Shown piece by piece: positions 1 through 12,486 of a stretch of 64,000 nucleotides of DNA (positions are counted from its first letter, which is position 1; each line of letters starts with the position of its first letter). Made by a program: the position numbers and the translations under genes. Origin of the DNA: Candidatus Eiseniibacteriota bacterium (lineage in GTDB: Bacteria > Eisenbacteria > RBG-16-71-46); assembly GCA_963707915.1 (NCBI GenBank), contig OY970178.1, positions 256,001 to 320,000 on the forward strand. Direction: 5' to 3'. Under the pieces are notes generated by a model. It saw nothing but the letters and a program-made list of their open reading frames with translations, was not told the DNA's origin and did no database searches.

Positions 1-206
1 TTCACAGGGTCGGGCGCGGGTTGCTCCCGACGTCTTTGGGGACAGGCAAGAGGCTCATTGTAGATGAGCACGAGTCCACCTGCCGACCCGCCCCGTCCCC
101 ACGTACCGGGAGTGCAGATACGTATATACGTCACCTACAGTCCTGTGGAATGCCGCGCCTCGTGAACGCCGCATCCACCATTTCTCCGCCCGCGCTCAAG
201 GCAGAG

Positions 207-485
207 TTACATGCCTTTCAACCCGAGCGCGCGAAGGTGGTACACACTCAGAATCACGATCAACGCTCCTGCTGCGTCGATCAGAACTACGCGCCACGAA
301 GAGGAGGGGTTGAACTTGAATTTGGTCGGGTTGAACCAGTGCAGGATCATCGGGAGACCAGTCCCGAGGAGCACCATGAAGAAGCCGTAGAAGCTCATCG
401 AGAGGACACCTGCCGCAAAGGAGGCAACAAGGCCGCTGATGAAGCAGAACTTCATCGACACGGGGTTCTTGGTCTGCGTTGTCAT
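207..485 (-). CDS. Small (92 aa) multi-pass membrane protein, candidate immunity protein
   Basis: ATG at 485 overlaps the upstream TGA (ATGA coupling); MTTQTKNPVSMKFCFISGLVASFAAG... has ~3 hydrophobic segments. Confidence 0.6.
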   Translation of the reverse strand: MTTQTKNPVSMKFCFISGLVASFAAGVLSMSFYGFFMVLLGTGLPMILHWFNPTKFKFNPSSSWRVVLIDAAGALIVILSVYHLRALGLKGM

Positions 486-1441
486 CGGTACGCCGCCTTG
501 AGTTGCCCCCACGAGGGCCGCCGCGCCCCGAGGATCACCTTCTGCGCGGCCCCGGTTTGGGGGGACACGGATGCCATGGGCATCGGCACTTTGGGCTTCG
601 GTGCGGGCTGGTTCAAGAATTGAAGCGCAGCGAATGCCACTCCAGCCATCGCACCGAGTCCAATGCCCGGGAGGGTCGCAGCAAGGTTGCCACTTCTCAC
701 CGAAAGCATCCCGCCCGCGAGGGCACCTTCGCAGGCGGCAGTGACGACAGTATTCACGAATGCTGTCCCGACATTGCGGTCGTTGAAGATCTGGCTTGCC
801 CAATAACGGTTGTTCGCTTCCGACGTTTCGATAAACGCCATGATCTCATCCAGCCACTCTTCCCCTTCTACCATGGCGGGGGCTTCTACGGGGGCGGTGG
901 CACCCTCGGGCACTGCGGTCCACAGCACAGCGATCTGGAACGCTCCCGGGATATCGTCACAGAAGGTTGGGACTTCCTGTCCGTTGACGATGGTCTTCTT
1001 GTAGGCACCACCGAAGATGTTCGTGCACGCGTGTCCATTCTCGGGGAGGACTTTGGTCACGATGTTGATGATCGGCTGTACGCTGTCGATGCTGACGCCG
1101 GGGTACTCGAATCCGATGACCGCGCACGAGTACCCGGCCAGAGTATAGGCAGCATCGGAGTCCGGGCGTCTGACTGCACCGTGCGTCTGTGCCTCAGCCA
1201 TGGCGGATTGCACGGCGGGCATCTGCAACGCCCAAGACAGAACCTCCTGTGCGGTGCGGTCTGTACCGAACGGGAGCGTGTAGTCCGTCCCCGGCCACGA
1301 AGTGGCGTAGGCGGGCGGCCAGCCACCGGACTGGTAGGGTTCGAATTCGGTAGAGAAGTTCTTCTTGGTCTGTGCGGTGGCAGGCGTAGCGGCTACGGCG
1401 AGGATGAGTGCGGCGAGCAGGGTGAAAAGGATTCGTTTCAT
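482..1441 (-). CDS. Secreted hypothetical protein (319 aa) with Gly/Ala-rich hydrophobic C-terminal region and SWGQLKAAYR tail
   Basis: Signal peptide MKRILFTLLAALILAVAATPATA; GAGG RBS upstream; hydrophobic segment GALAGGMLS...GIGLGAMAGVAFAALQFL. Confidence 0.75.
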   Translation of the reverse strand: MKRILFTLLAALILAVAATPATAQTKKNFSTEFEPYQSGGWPPAYATSWPGTDYTLPFGTDRTAQEVLSWALQMPAVQSAMAEAQTHGAVRRPDSDAAYTLAGYSCAVIGFEYPGVSIDSVQPIINIVTKVLPENGHACTNIFGGAYKKTIVNGQEVPTFCDDIPGAFQIAVLWTAVPEGATAPVEAPAMVEGEEWLDEIMAFIETSEANNRYWASQIFNDRNVGTAFVNTVVTAACEGALAGGMLSVRSGNLAATLPGIGLGAMAGVAFAALQFLNQPAPKPKVPMPMASVSPQTGAAQKVILGARRPSWGQLKAAYR

Positions 1442-1764
1442 CGCGACCTCTTGTGTGCTGCGGCGGGGGGGCCGGCACTACGATGATCACTCAGACGCGG
1501 AGCCTTTCTGTCACCATAACGCCGAGACGCCCCGGACGCCAGCGGGATCCGGCGGACGCCAGAGCGGCCACCCCGGCAGGGGCGGCCGCTGCGCGCTGCT
1601 CCCGACCGTGCGCTGCTCAGTTCAGACAGTATGGAACGACCGGCTCGCGGTCGTAGGGTCGTGCCCTCGCGAACGAGAGGCACGACCGGTGGCGGGGATG
1701 CCGCCACGCTCGATCGCGGGTTAACGCCTTGCGGCGCCAGAGCCGCATACGAGAGGAGCCGGTC

Positions 1765-2886
1765 GTGAGCACGGAGCATATCACCTGGGTGGGGCTGGAT
1801 GCCCACAAGAACTCGATCAAGGTGGCGGCCTTCTTGCCGGAGCGCCCCGAGCCCGTGGAGTGGACCGAGGCGACCACGGCGGAGGCGATCCGCCGACTGG
1901 CCCGCAAGCTCCAGCGCGAGGCCCCCGGGCGAGGTGCACTGCTGCTACGAGGCCGGCCCGACCGGCTACGGGCTGCAGCGGCAACTGCGCGCCGCCGGGA
2001 TCGCCTGCACCGTGATCGCTCCCTCGCTGACCCCGGTCAAGCCCGGGGTGCGGATCAAGACCGACCGGCGCGATGCGCGCAAGCTGGCCGAGTTGTTCCG
2101 GGCCGGGCTGCTGACCGAGGTCCACCCGCCGAGCGAGACGGACGAGGCCCTGCGTGACCTGTGCCGCTGCCGCGACGACGTCCGGGTGGACCTGCTGCGG
2201 GCCCGGCATCGGCTCAGCAAGTTCCTGTTGCGGCGCAACTGCATCTACCGGCAGACCAAGCACCACTGGGGCAGCGCGGCACTGGGCCTGGCTCGAGCAG
2301 CTGCGCTTCGATGACCCGATCAGCCAGGCCACGTTCGACAGCTACCTGCTGGCGGTCCAGCAACTCGAGGAGCGCCAGCAACAACTCGACACTCAGTTGG
2401 CCGAGTTTGGCGACCAGGAGCCCTACCGCGAGCCGGTGGCCTGGCTGCGCTGCTTCCGCGGCATCGACACGGTGACGGCGGTCTGCCTGGTGGCCGAGCT
2501 CCACGACTTCCGCCGCTTCCACTCGCCCCGGCAGCTGATGGCCTACGTCGGACTGGTGCCGAGCGAGTGCTCGAGCGGGGAACGCGAACGGCGCGGCGCG
2601 ATCACCAAGGCGGGCAATCGGCACGTGCGGCGCCTGCTGGTCGAGGCCGCCTGGCATCAACGCTTCCGGCCCGCATTGAGTGCCCCGTTGCGGCGCCGAC
2701 GCGAAGGACAGCCAGCCCGGGTGCTGGCCATCGCCGATCGGGCCCAGGAGCGGCTCTACGCACGCTACCGGCGCATGAGTGCTGTGGGCAAGGTCCGCGC
2801 CCAAGATCATCGTCGCCATGGCACGTGAGTTGACCGGCTACCTGTGGGCGGTCCTGCATCCGGCGGCCGCCGCCACCCGAGTCTGA
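1765..2886 (+). pseudogene. IS110 (DEDD RuvC-like) transposase split by ~3 frameshifts
   Basis: GTG after GAGAGG; WVGLDAHKNSI, CYEAGPTGY, IKTDRRDARKLA, LMAYVGLVPSECSSG, ITKAGN, IVAMARELTGYLW lie in successive frames (shifts near 1925, 2275, 2800). Confidence 0.85.
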
Positions 2887-3205
2887 GTCGCAGAACGCAG
2901 CTCAATCGCAGTCAGACAGTGAGGGTGAACGGATGAAGGTCGGCACGATCTGAAGGACGCGCGACTGCGGTGTGCGATACGGAGGCTCTGCCTCCCGAAC
3001 TCGCGTCTTCAGAGAGCGAACCCTCCCGACGGATCACAGTCCTGCGGCTCTGGCCGGGACGCCGGTGCAACCCGCGAATACTAGCGTGACTCGTCGTCGA
3101 AGCGCCCGGCCTTCTCCGTCGCCCTCGTCATCACCGTTCGCACCAAGACCCGCGGCCACCCCGAGGGGTGGCCGCCAGGAAGACCAACCAGTCGCCTTGA
3201 CTCAG
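2887..3205 (+). ncRNA. Candidate bridge/seek RNA in the IS 3' non-coding end
   Basis: Stem 2949-2961/3002-3013 with inner hairpin 2981-2995; stem 3027-3047/3072-3099 with internal loop; hairpin 3152-3175; position typical of IS1111-type guide RNAs. Confidence 0.55.
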
Positions 3206-3217
3206 GGTCGTTCCATA

Positions 3218-5479
3218 CTACTTGAGGCGCACCATCCGCTCGGTGCGGGTGCCCCACGGGGTCACCAGCCGCACGAAGTAGAGCCCGGCGCCCGGCGCCG
3301 AGCCGTCCGGGCCGCGACCGTCCCAGCGCCACGCCTGCGGGCCGGCCGCGAAGTCGCCCTCGTACGCGCCCAGCCGCCGCCCCGAGACGTCCACCACCTC
3401 CAGCCGCGCCCGCCCCGCCGCCGGCAGCGAGAAGCGCAGCAGCGTCGTGCCGCGGCTCGGGTTCGGCACCGGCCGCGCCAGCGCCAGCACCGCCGGCCCG
3501 CCACCCCACACGTCGGCGATGGGGTCCACGATGCGGAACGAGCTGTCGCTCGCCGCGCGGCCCGCGTTGTGCGCCGGGTCGTAGGCCGTGACCCGCACCC
3601 GCGCGCTGTCGCTCGCCACCGCCGGCACCGTCCAGGGGAAGGAGCCCGAGTTCGCCACCCCGTGGGCCACCGCCACCCACGGCCCCCCGGGGCCCGAGAG
3701 CGAGTAGTCCACGTCCACCGAGTCCACCGCGGCATTGTCGGTCGCGCTCCAGGTGATGGTGCGCATCGTGCCCTGCACCATGATCTCCCCGCCCACCGGC
3801 GAGAGCAGCGTCACCACCGGCGCGGCCACGTCCACGAACGTCGCCGTCACCGCCTTGTTCGCGTTCACCGTCAGCGTCACCGGGTCGGCGACCCCGCTGG
3901 TGTCCCCGCTCCAGCCCGCGAACGCCCAGCCCGCCGCCGCCGCCGCGTCCAGCACGACGCTGCTGCCGTAGGCGTAGCTCGCCAGGTCCGGGCTCTTCGT
4001 CACCGTCCCGCCCCCCACCGCGCTCACCGCCAGCGCGAACTGGTCGGCCGAGAACGTCGCCGCGATGGCGTGGTCCGCCGTCACGTTGCTGAACACGTAG
4101 CTGGTGTCCGCCGCCACCGCCCCGCCGTCCACCGTCAGCCCCAGCACGTGGTAGCCGGTCGCCGGCCGGATCGCGAACCCCTGGCTGGCGCCCTGCACCA
4201 CCGCCACCGCCCCGCTCGGCGTGATGCTGCCGTTCGCCCCGGCCGATGCGGTGATGGTCCAGCGGTCGATGGTGAAGTTCGTGGCACTCGAGTCGCGCCC
4301 GGCGTTGCCCGCCGCGTCACGGGCGATGACCCGCACCCGCACCGTGCCGCTCGGCGCGTTCGGCACGCTCCACGACCACGAGCCGCTGTTGGCGATGCCG
4401 GTCGCGAGCGCGTTGGGGAAGCTCGCCCCGCCGTCGGTCGAGTAGGCCAGGTCCAGGCTGGTCACGCCCACCGCGTCGGTCGCGCTCCAGGTGATCGACT
4501 GGGTCGAGCCCGCCTTCCAGGTCTCGCCGCCGTTCGGCGCGGTCACCGCCACCACCGGCGCCGTCACGTCGCCGGTCGCGGCGCGCCGCGTCGCCCAGAT
4601 CGTGGCGTTCATGAAGAAGGTGCTGTCGGTGGCGCCGGCCTCGCCCCAGCCGTCGTAGATGCTGCTGTTGCCGGGATTGGCGGAGCCGTCGTCGGCGGGC
4701 GAGCTGTCGCCCGCGATGACGATGCGCCCGTTGCCGTAGACGGAGGAGGCGGCCATCAGGCCGGTGGTGCTGGTCTGCGACAGGCCGTTCATCCACACCT
4801 CGCCGCGCACGGTCGGATTGACGGCCGGGTAGAGGGTGAAGGTGGTCCCGTTGTGGAAGGCGAAGCCGGTGACGTTGCCCACCGGTCCGCGCGTGACCGA
4901 GTCCGACGCCGACGCGTTCACGTTGGTCGAGGTCTGGGTGATGTTGTTGTTGGTCTCGTTGTACACCTGGCAGCGCACGCCGAAGAGCCGACCGGGGTCC
5001 AGGGCGTTCCAGATCATCGGGGAGTCGTAGCCGTCGTTGTTGCGGTCGGACTGTCCGTGGTCCACGACCATGATGAGCCCGCCGCCGTCCCGCACGTAGT
5101 TGAAGATCGCGGCGGCCTCGGCGCTGGTGAACAGGATGTTGGGCTCGGGGACGATGAAGACGTCGTAGTTCGAGAGGTCGTACGGGTTGCCGCTGTTGCC
5201 GTAGGTGATGCCGTAGGCCGGGGTCAGGGTGGCGACGGTGTAGCCGCGCTTCACCAGGTCCACGCCCCAGGACGAGATCGCGCCGGTCCAGTAGGTGCGC
5301 GGCGTGGCCGGTCCGATTCCGGCCTGGTCGGGCAGGGGCACGGGCTGGTTGTCGTCGATCACCCAGTCGGCGTTGCCGGCGGTCTCGGCCTTCGTGTTGT
5401 CGAAGAGGGCCTTCCTGGCGGCGGCGGCGGGGGAGGCGACGAGCAGGACGAGCAGGGGGGCGACCAGCCAGAATCGCAT
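3218..5479 (-). CDS. Secreted multidomain protein: N-terminal putative hydrolase-like domain, Ig-like repeats, InlB-B-repeat-like modules, FlgD-Ig/T9SS-like CTD
   Basis: Signal MRFWLVAPLLVLLVASPAAA; LFDNTKAETAGNADWVID; two APxVxxxxPxGGE...ITWSATD repeats; PVPNP...DVSGRR...WDGR...GLYFVRL. Confidence 0.8.
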   Translation of the reverse strand: MRFWLVAPLLVLLVASPAAAARKALFDNTKAETAGNADWVIDDNQPVPLPDQAGIGPATPRTYWTGAISSWGVDLVKRGYTVATLTPAYGITYGNSGNPYDLSNYDVFIVPEPNILFTSAEAAAIFNYVRDGGGLIMVVDHGQSDRNNDGYDSPMIWNALDPGRLFGVRCQVYNETNNNITQTSTNVNASASDSVTRGPVGNVTGFAFHNGTTFTLYPAVNPTVRGEVWMNGLSQTSTTGLMAASSVYGNGRIVIAGDSSPADDGSANPGNSSIYDGWGEAGATDSTFFMNATIWATRRAATGDVTAPVVAVTAPNGGETWKAGSTQSITWSATDAVGVTSLDLAYSTDGGASFPNALATGIANSGSWSWSVPNAPSGTVRVRVIARDAAGNAGRDSSATNFTIDRWTITASAGANGSITPSGAVAVVQGASQGFAIRPATGYHVLGLTVDGGAVAADTSYVFSNVTADHAIAATFSADQFALAVSAVGGGTVTKSPDLASYAYGSSVVLDAAAAAGWAFAGWSGDTSGVADPVTLTVNANKAVTATFVDVAAPVVTLLSPVGGEIMVQGTMRTITWSATDNAAVDSVDVDYSLSGPGGPWVAVAHGVANSGSFPWTVPAVASDSARVRVTAYDPAHNAGRAASDSSFRIVDPIADVWGGGPAVLALARPVPNPSRGTTLLRFSLPAAGRARLEVVDVSGRRLGAYEGDFAAGPQAWRWDGRGPDGSAPGAGLYFVRLVTPWGTRTERMVRLK

Positions 5480-5848
5480 CGGGTGCCTTTCGCGCGCGAG
5501 GTGTCGGATCGTGCGCGAGGAAGGGACCCGCGCGTGGTGTCTGGAAAGGCGGCCGGAAGAATTGTAGCTGCAGGAGTGCCGCCGCTCCAAACGTCAGCCC
5601 GGTTCGATGCGGCCGGCCGGGTCGCGGCCGTGTGGAAACCCGCGACCGGGGCCGGGAAGTGGGTGGAATCGCCGCGACCGCGACGCGCATCCCAACCTTC
5701 CCGCTCACCACCGGGGCGGGCTGGACCGGGTGCGTCCCGCGAGCCGTGAACTGCCCGGACCGGCGGCTTCGTGGTAGTCTGCGGCCCGCCTCGACAACGA
5801 TGATCGTGCGTCTCTGCCACCGGCCGCGGGGCAGCCATCGAGGGACAC

Positions 5849-8623
5849 ATGGCCTCCAGGCTCGATGCCATCCAGCGTGCCAGCGCCTCCTACATCGAGG
5901 CGCTGTACGCCCAATACCGGGAGGACCCGGGCGCGGTCGCCGAGGACTGGGGCATCTTCTTCGCCGGCTTCGAGCTGGCGGGTCCGCCGCGGCCCGGCGG
6001 GGGCGTCCCCGGCCAGCCCTCGGGCGAGGTCTTCGGCCTGGTGCAGCACCACCGCATCTTCGGGCACCTCGCCGCCTGGCTCGATCCGCTCAGCGAGCGG
6101 CCGCGGATCCTGAACCTGCTGGACCCGGCGTCGTTCGGGTTCCAGGAGTCCGACCTCGACGCCGTGGTCTCCTGGGAGCCCTTCAAGGGCGGTGCCCGGG
6201 GCCCGCTCCGCGACCTGATCGCCGCCCTGCGCCGGACCTACTGCGACACCATCGGCGTCGAGTTCATGCGTCTCGCCGACGAGGAGCGGCGCGCCTGGCT
6301 GCAGGAGCGCATGGAGCCGGTGCGGAACCACCCGGCGCTGGAGCCGCCCGAGCGCCTGCGCATCCTGCGGCAGCTGGCGCTGGCGGACGGCTTCGAGGAG
6401 TTCCTGAACGTGCGCTACCCCGGGCAGAAGCGCTTCTCGCTCGAGGGCGGTAGCGCGCTGATCCCGATGCTCGACGCGCTGGTCGAGGCCGCGGCCGCAT
6501 CGGGCGTGCAGCAGATCGTCCTGGGGATGCCGCACCGCGGGCGCCTCAACGTGCTGGCGAACCTGGTGGGGAAGCCCTTCGAGGAGATCTTCCGCGAGTT
6601 CGAGGCCACCGAGCAGCCCGAGGAGGTGCAGGGCCACGGCGACGTGAAGTACCACCTCGGCTACTCGACCGACCGTCAGACGCGTGGCGCGGGTTGCGTC
6701 CACCTGGACCTCTACTTCAACCCGAGCCACCTGGAGTTCGTGAACCCGGTCGTGCTGGGGGCGGTGCGGGCCAAGCAGGACCGCATGGGCGAGGCCGGGC
6801 CGACGCGCTGCCTGCCGGTGCTGCTCCACGGCGACGCCGCCTTCGCGGGCGAGGGCATCGTGACCGAGACGCTGGCGATGTCCGCGCTTCCGCACTACGA
6901 CACCGGTGGTACGGTGCACGTCATCGTGAACAACCAGGTCGGCTTCACCACCTCGCCCGCGGACGCGCGCACCTCGCGCTACCCGACCGACGTGACCCGG
7001 ATCGGGGACGCCCCGGTGTTCCACGTGAACGCCGACGACCCCGAGGCGGTCGTGCACATCGTCCGGCTCGCGCTCGAGTACCGGCAGCGGTTCCGGCGCG
7101 ACGTCTTCGTGGACCTGGTGTGCTTCCGCAAGTACGGGCACAACGAGCTGGACGACCCGACCTTCACCCAGCCGGTCATGTACCGGAAGGTGGCGGCGCA
7201 CCCCGCGGTCTCGCGGCTCTACGCGGAGCAGCTCGAGCGCGAGGGCGTGATCGACGGTGCCGGGGTCGAGGCCCTGCGGGGCGAGCTCTCGGCTGCGTTC
7301 CGGGCGGCCCACCAGCGGGCGCGGTCCGGGCGGGCCGCCCGGGTCTCGCGGGCCCTGGGCGGCGCGTGGGAGGGCTTCGAGTGGGCCGGCGAGGACTGGA
7401 CGGCCGAAACCGCGGCGCCCCGCGAGCGGCTCGAGTTCGTGGCGCGCACGCTCGCCGCGGTGCCGCCCGGTTTCCATCCGCACCGCAAGCTCGCTGCCCT
7501 GGCGGCGGAGCGCCTGAAGATGCTGGAGCAGGACCGCGTGGACTGGGGGCTGGGCGAGGCGCTGGCGCTCGGCACCCTGCTGCTCGAGGGCCACGACCTG
7601 CGCGTGAGCGGGCAGGACACCGGGCGCGGCACCTTCAGCCACCGTCACGCGGTGCTGCACGACGCGGAGGACGGCCGCCTGCACGTCCCGCTGCAGCACC
7701 TCGCACCGGGCCAGGGCCGCTTCGAGATCTTCGACACGCCGCTGGCCGAGTCGGCGCCCGTCGGCTTCGAGTACGGCTACAGCACCGCCGCGCCGCGGAC
7801 GCTGGTGGTCTGGGAGGCGCAGTTCGGCGACTTCGCGAACGTGGCCCAGGTCTACCTGGACCAGTTCCTGGCGAGCGCGGAGTCGAAGTGGCGGCGCATG
7901 TCCGGCCTGACCCTGCTGTTGCCCCACGGCTACGAGGGCCAGGGGCCGGAGCACTCGAGCGCGCGGCTGGAGCGCTTCCTCGAACTGTGCGCGCGCTGCA
8001 ACCTGCAGGTCGTGAACCTCACCACCCCGGCGCAGTTGTTCCACGCGCTGCGGCGCCAGATGCACCGGCGCTTCCGCAAGCCCCTCGTCATCATGAGCCC
8101 GAAGAGCCTGCTGCGGCACCGCTCGGCGGTCTCGCCGGTCCGGGAATTCACCGACGGGCACTTCCGAACGCTGATCGACGACGGGACCGTGCGGGACCCG
8201 GACGCGGTGCGGGGCGTCCTGCTCTGCTCGGGGAGGCTCTGCCACGCCCTCGAGGAGGCCCGGGCCGCGCGGCCGGATCTGCCGGCGGCGCTGGTGCGGG
8301 TCGAGCAGCTCTACCCGTTCCCGCGCGCGGGGCTCGATGCGCTGTTCCGGCGCTACCCGAACACGCGCGAGGTCCGCTGGGTGCAGGAGGAGCCCGCCAA
8401 CATGGGTGCGTGGCGCGGCACGCGCCACCGGATCGAGGGCGTGCTGCCCGCGGGCGCGCGCCTGCGGCTGGTGGCGCGCAAGGCCTCGCCCACGCCGGCC
8501 ACCGGCAACTACCACGTCCACGTCGAGCAGGAACGCGCGCTGCTGGAACGCGCGCTCGCGGAGTTCGGGGCGGCGCGCAAGGCGTCCGCGCCGGCCCGCG
8601 GCCGGGAAGGAGGAGCGCCGTGA
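5849..8623 (+). CDS. sucA: 2-oxoglutarate dehydrogenase E1
   Basis: [65 protein letters not shown]. Confidence 0.97.
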   Translation: MASRLDAIQRASASYIEALYAQYREDPGAVAEDWGIFFAGFELAGPPRPGGGVPGQPSGEVFGLVQHHRIFGHLAAWLDPLSERPRILNLLDPASFGFQESDLDAVVSWEPFKGGARGPLRDLIAALRRTYCDTIGVEFMRLADEERRAWLQERMEPVRNHPALEPPERLRILRQLALADGFEEFLNVRYPGQKRFSLEGGSALIPMLDALVEAAAASGVQQIVLGMPHRGRLNVLANLVGKPFEEIFREFEATEQPEEVQGHGDVKYHLGYSTDRQTRGAGCVHLDLYFNPSHLEFVNPVVLGAVRAKQDRMGEAGPTRCLPVLLHGDAAFAGEGIVTETLAMSALPHYDTGGTVHVIVNNQVGFTTSPADARTSRYPTDVTRIGDAPVFHVNADDPEAVVHIVRLALEYRQRFRRDVFVDLVCFRKYGHNELDDPTFTQPVMYRKVAAHPAVSRLYAEQLEREGVIDGAGVEALRGELSAAFRAAHQRARSGRAARVSRALGGAWEGFEWAGEDWTAETAAPRERLEFVARTLAAVPPGFHPHRKLAALAAERLKMLEQDRVDWGLGEALALGTLLLEGHDLRVSGQDTGRGTFSHRHAVLHDAEDGRLHVPLQHLAPGQGRFEIFDTPLAESAPVGFEYGYSTAAPRTLVVWEAQFGDFANVAQVYLDQFLASAESKWRRMSGLTLLLPHGYEGQGPEHSSARLERFLELCARCNLQVVNLTTPAQLFHALRRQMHRRFRKPLVIMSPKSLLRHRSAVSPVREFTDGHFRTLIDDGTVRDPDAVRGVLLCSGRLCHALEEARAARPDLPAALVRVEQLYPFPRAGLDALFRRYPNTREVRWVQEEPANMGAWRGTRHRIEGVLPAGARLRLVARKASPTPATGNYHVHVEQERALLERALAEFGAARKASAPARGREGGAP

Positions 8624-9885
8624 GCGTCGAGGTCAAGGTCCCGCGGCTGGCGGAGTCCATCGCGGACGCCACGCTGGTCGAGTGGCTCAAGGGCGACGGC
8701 GAGGCGGTGCGCATGGACGAGCCCATCGCCACGCTCGAGACGGACAAGGCGGCGGTGGAGATCGCCGCCACGGAGAACGGCCGGCTGCGCCACGCGCGCA
8801 AGGTGGGCGACGTGGTGCGGGCGGACGACGTGCTGGCCCGGATCGAGCCCGGCACGGTCGCCCCCGCGGCCCCGGCGACGCAGCCGGCCGCCCCGCCGGT
8901 CCCGGCGACGTCCCCGGCCGCCGCCGCCACCGCACGGCGCCCCGCGCCGGCCGCCCCGCCCGCCGCCCCGCCCGCCGGGGCCCCGCCGGGGCCGGCAGTG
9001 CGGCGCCTGCTCGAGGAGCACGGGCTCGACCCGGCCGCCCTGACGGCGACCGGCCCGGGCGGGCGGCTGCTCAAGGAGGACGTGCTGCGGCACCTCGAGC
9101 AGGCAGCCGCCTGCCCTGCCGTGCCCGCCCGCCCGGTCCCCGACGCGACCGCGCCGGCGCCGCCCGAGGCCGCCGCCCCCGCGGGTGCCGGCGAGCGTGT
9201 CGTGCCGATGAGCCGCATCCGCCTGCGCATCGCCGAGCGTCTCGTGCAGGCGCAGCACACGGCGGCGATCCTGACCACCTTCAACGAGGTGGACATGAGC
9301 GCCATCGTCGAGTTGCGCGCGCGCCGTCGCGAGAGCTTCGAGCGGCAACACGGCGTGAAGCTCGGCATGGCGAGCTTCTTCGCCCGGGCCGCGATCCAGG
9401 CGCTGCGCGAGGTGCCCGAGATCAACGCCGGCATCCGCGGCACCGACTTCGTCTACCACGACTTCGTGAACCTCTCGGTGGCGGTGCAGACCGACCGGGG
9501 GCTGGTGGTCCCGGTGGTCCACGACGCTCACCGGCTCTGCTTCCCGGACCTCGAGCGCGAGATCGCCCGCCTGGCGGCCAAGGCGCGCGAGCACCGGCTC
9601 TCGCTCGACGACCTGGCCGGCGGCACGTTCACGGTCTCGAACGGCGGGATCTTCGGCTCGCTCCTGTCCACGCCCATCCTCAATCCGCCTCAAAGCGGCA
9701 TCCTCGGGATGCACAAGATCGAGAAGCGTCCCGTGGCGGTGGCCGACCAGGTGGTGATCCGGCCGATGATGTACGTCGCGCTCTCCTACGACCACCGCAT
9801 CGTGGACGGCGAACAGTCGGTGACCTTCCTGGTGAAGGTGAAGGAGCGGCTCGAGGACCCCGAGCGCCTGCTGCTGGATATCTGA
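8620..9885 (+). CDS. sucB: Dihydrolipoamide succinyltransferase E2
   Basis: GTGA overlap with sucA; lipoyl motif [41 protein letters not shown]. Confidence 0.96.
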   Translation: MSVEVKVPRLAESIADATLVEWLKGDGEAVRMDEPIATLETDKAAVEIAATENGRLRHARKVGDVVRADDVLARIEPGTVAPAAPATQPAAPPVPATSPAAAATARRPAPAAPPAAPPAGAPPGPAVRRLLEEHGLDPAALTATGPGGRLLKEDVLRHLEQAAACPAVPARPVPDATAPAPPEAAAPAGAGERVVPMSRIRLRIAERLVQAQHTAAILTTFNEVDMSAIVELRARRRESFERQHGVKLGMASFFARAAIQALREVPEINAGIRGTDFVYHDFVNLSVAVQTDRGLVVPVVHDAHRLCFPDLEREIARLAAKAREHRLSLDDLAGGTFTVSNGGIFGSLLSTPILNPPQSGILGMHKIEKRPVAVADQVVIRPMMYVALSYDHRIVDGEQSVTFLVKVKERLEDPERLLLDI

Positions 9886-9957
9886 GAGGCCGGGCCGGGC
9901 GGCGGGACACCTCCGCGCGGCCGCTGCGCATCCTCGAGAACGAAGGAGACCCGCTCC

Positions 9958-11358
<1,401 letters not shown>

Positions 11359-11715
11359 CCGGCGGAGCGTGGTGCCCCCCCGGGGACCCGCCGCCGGCCG
11401 GTGGGCGGGGCCGCAGGACGATGGGGGGGGCCGGACCCGGTGCCGGGCGCGACCGCGTTCCTGGGCCGGCCCCCCGGCTCGCTTGCGCTGGGGCTGATGA
11501 CCCAGGACAGCCCGGTCGAACCCTTCCCCATTCCGTTACATCAAATGTCCCGGGTGTGTTGATTGTACGGGCCGTCTGTTGATAGACTTCCCACCAGTCA
11601 AGGTCCTGCGCCTGCCCATGGTCCCCCCCTGCGGCGCGGACTGTCGTCGAGTGCCCGACGACCGCATATCCCACAGGTCCTGCATCGTGCTTCGTTGGAT
11701 TGGGAGAACCGCTCC

Positions 11716-12486
11716 ATGAGAGTACCGACCGGGCTACTGCTCACTCTATTCACCTGTGCCGCACTCTGCGCGGCCGTCCCTTCCCACGCGGTCGTGACGG
11801 TGGTCTGGGGCGACTCCTGGGACGGGCCCAGCGCCGGTCTCCAGCACATCGTGGATGACCTCTACGGGGCCGGGCACGTCGACGTGAAGACCGACTACCT
11901 GGGGGCCAAGGCGGGGGATCCGGACCCGTGGTTCTGGGTGGACAACCAGTTCTCGGCGCTGCTGGTGAAGGAGGTCGCGGGGAACGCGGACTACAACCAG
12001 GTCGGCTGGTTCCAGGACAACGGCTCGTTCCCCGTCCTCGTGAACGACGGCGTGCATGACGGGGTGGTCTTCGACGGCCCGGCGGGCACCGGCACCGCCG
12101 CGATCGTGACGTTCCTGAAGCCGATGACCCGGTTCAACTTCTACCTGAATCCCAACGGGCCGGGGGATGCCACGAACGCTCCTGAGCCGGAGAAGTTCTA
12201 CACCAATCGCACCTACAACGACGCCGGGTCCGACGGCAGCGGGGCGCTGCACGCGCCGCTGGGCGGCGACGTGCAGGCGCTGGTCTACGACCTCTCGCGC
12301 ATCAAGGGAACGAACACCTGGCTCGTCTGCTTCGAGGATCTCGACTCGGGCGCGAACCCCGGTCCCTGGGGCCAGGCTCAGACCGACAACGACTTCAACG
12401 ATCTCGTCTTCGAGGTGACCGCCTTCGGCGCGACGCCGGTCCAGGCGCTCTCCTTCGGCGGACTCAAGGCGAAGTACACGCACTGA
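11716..12486 (+). CDS. Secreted DUF4114-like protein with SFGGLKAKYTH tail
   Basis: Signal MRVPTGLLLTLFTCAALCAAVPSHA; WLVCFEDL...DNDFNDLVFEV resembles the DUF4114 signature. Confidence 0.7.
   Translation: MRVPTGLLLTLFTCAALCAAVPSHAVVTVVWGDSWDGPSAGLQHIVDDLYGAGHVDVKTDYLGAKAGDPDPWFWVDNQFSALLVKEVAGNADYNQVGWFQDNGSFPVLVNDGVHDGVVFDGPAGTGTAAIVTFLKPMTRFNFYLNPNGPGDATNAPEPEKFYTNRTYNDAGSDGSGALHAPLGGDVQALVYDLSRIKGTNTWLVCFEDLDSGANPGPWGQAQTDNDFNDLVFEVTAFGATPVQALSFGGLKAKYTH

Larger units (their letters stand above)
1625..3220 (+). mobile_element. IS110-family insertion sequence, IS1111-type
   Basis: Perfect 14-bp inverted repeat AGTATGGAACGACC (1628-1641) / GGTCGTTCCATACT (3206-3219) flanks a transposase; long 3' non-coding end; exact ends uncertain by a few nt. 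Confidence 0.85.

Noticed and set aside
1900..2820. Programmed frameshifting in the IS110 transposase
   Set aside because: Three separate shifts without slippery motifs, and IS110 uses a single ORF; decay or indel errors are more likely
2972..5749. 925-aa plus-strand ORF
   Set aside because: Arg/Gly/His-rich antisense shadow of the real minus-strand gene, expected at high GC3
6694..8619. Apparent N-terminal extension of sucB (1063-aa ORF)
   Set aside because: Off-frame overlap with sucA; true start is the GTG at 8620
11359..11715. Intergenic region with an AT-richer patch as ncRNA
   Set aside because: No recognisable RNA family; probably terminator plus promoter
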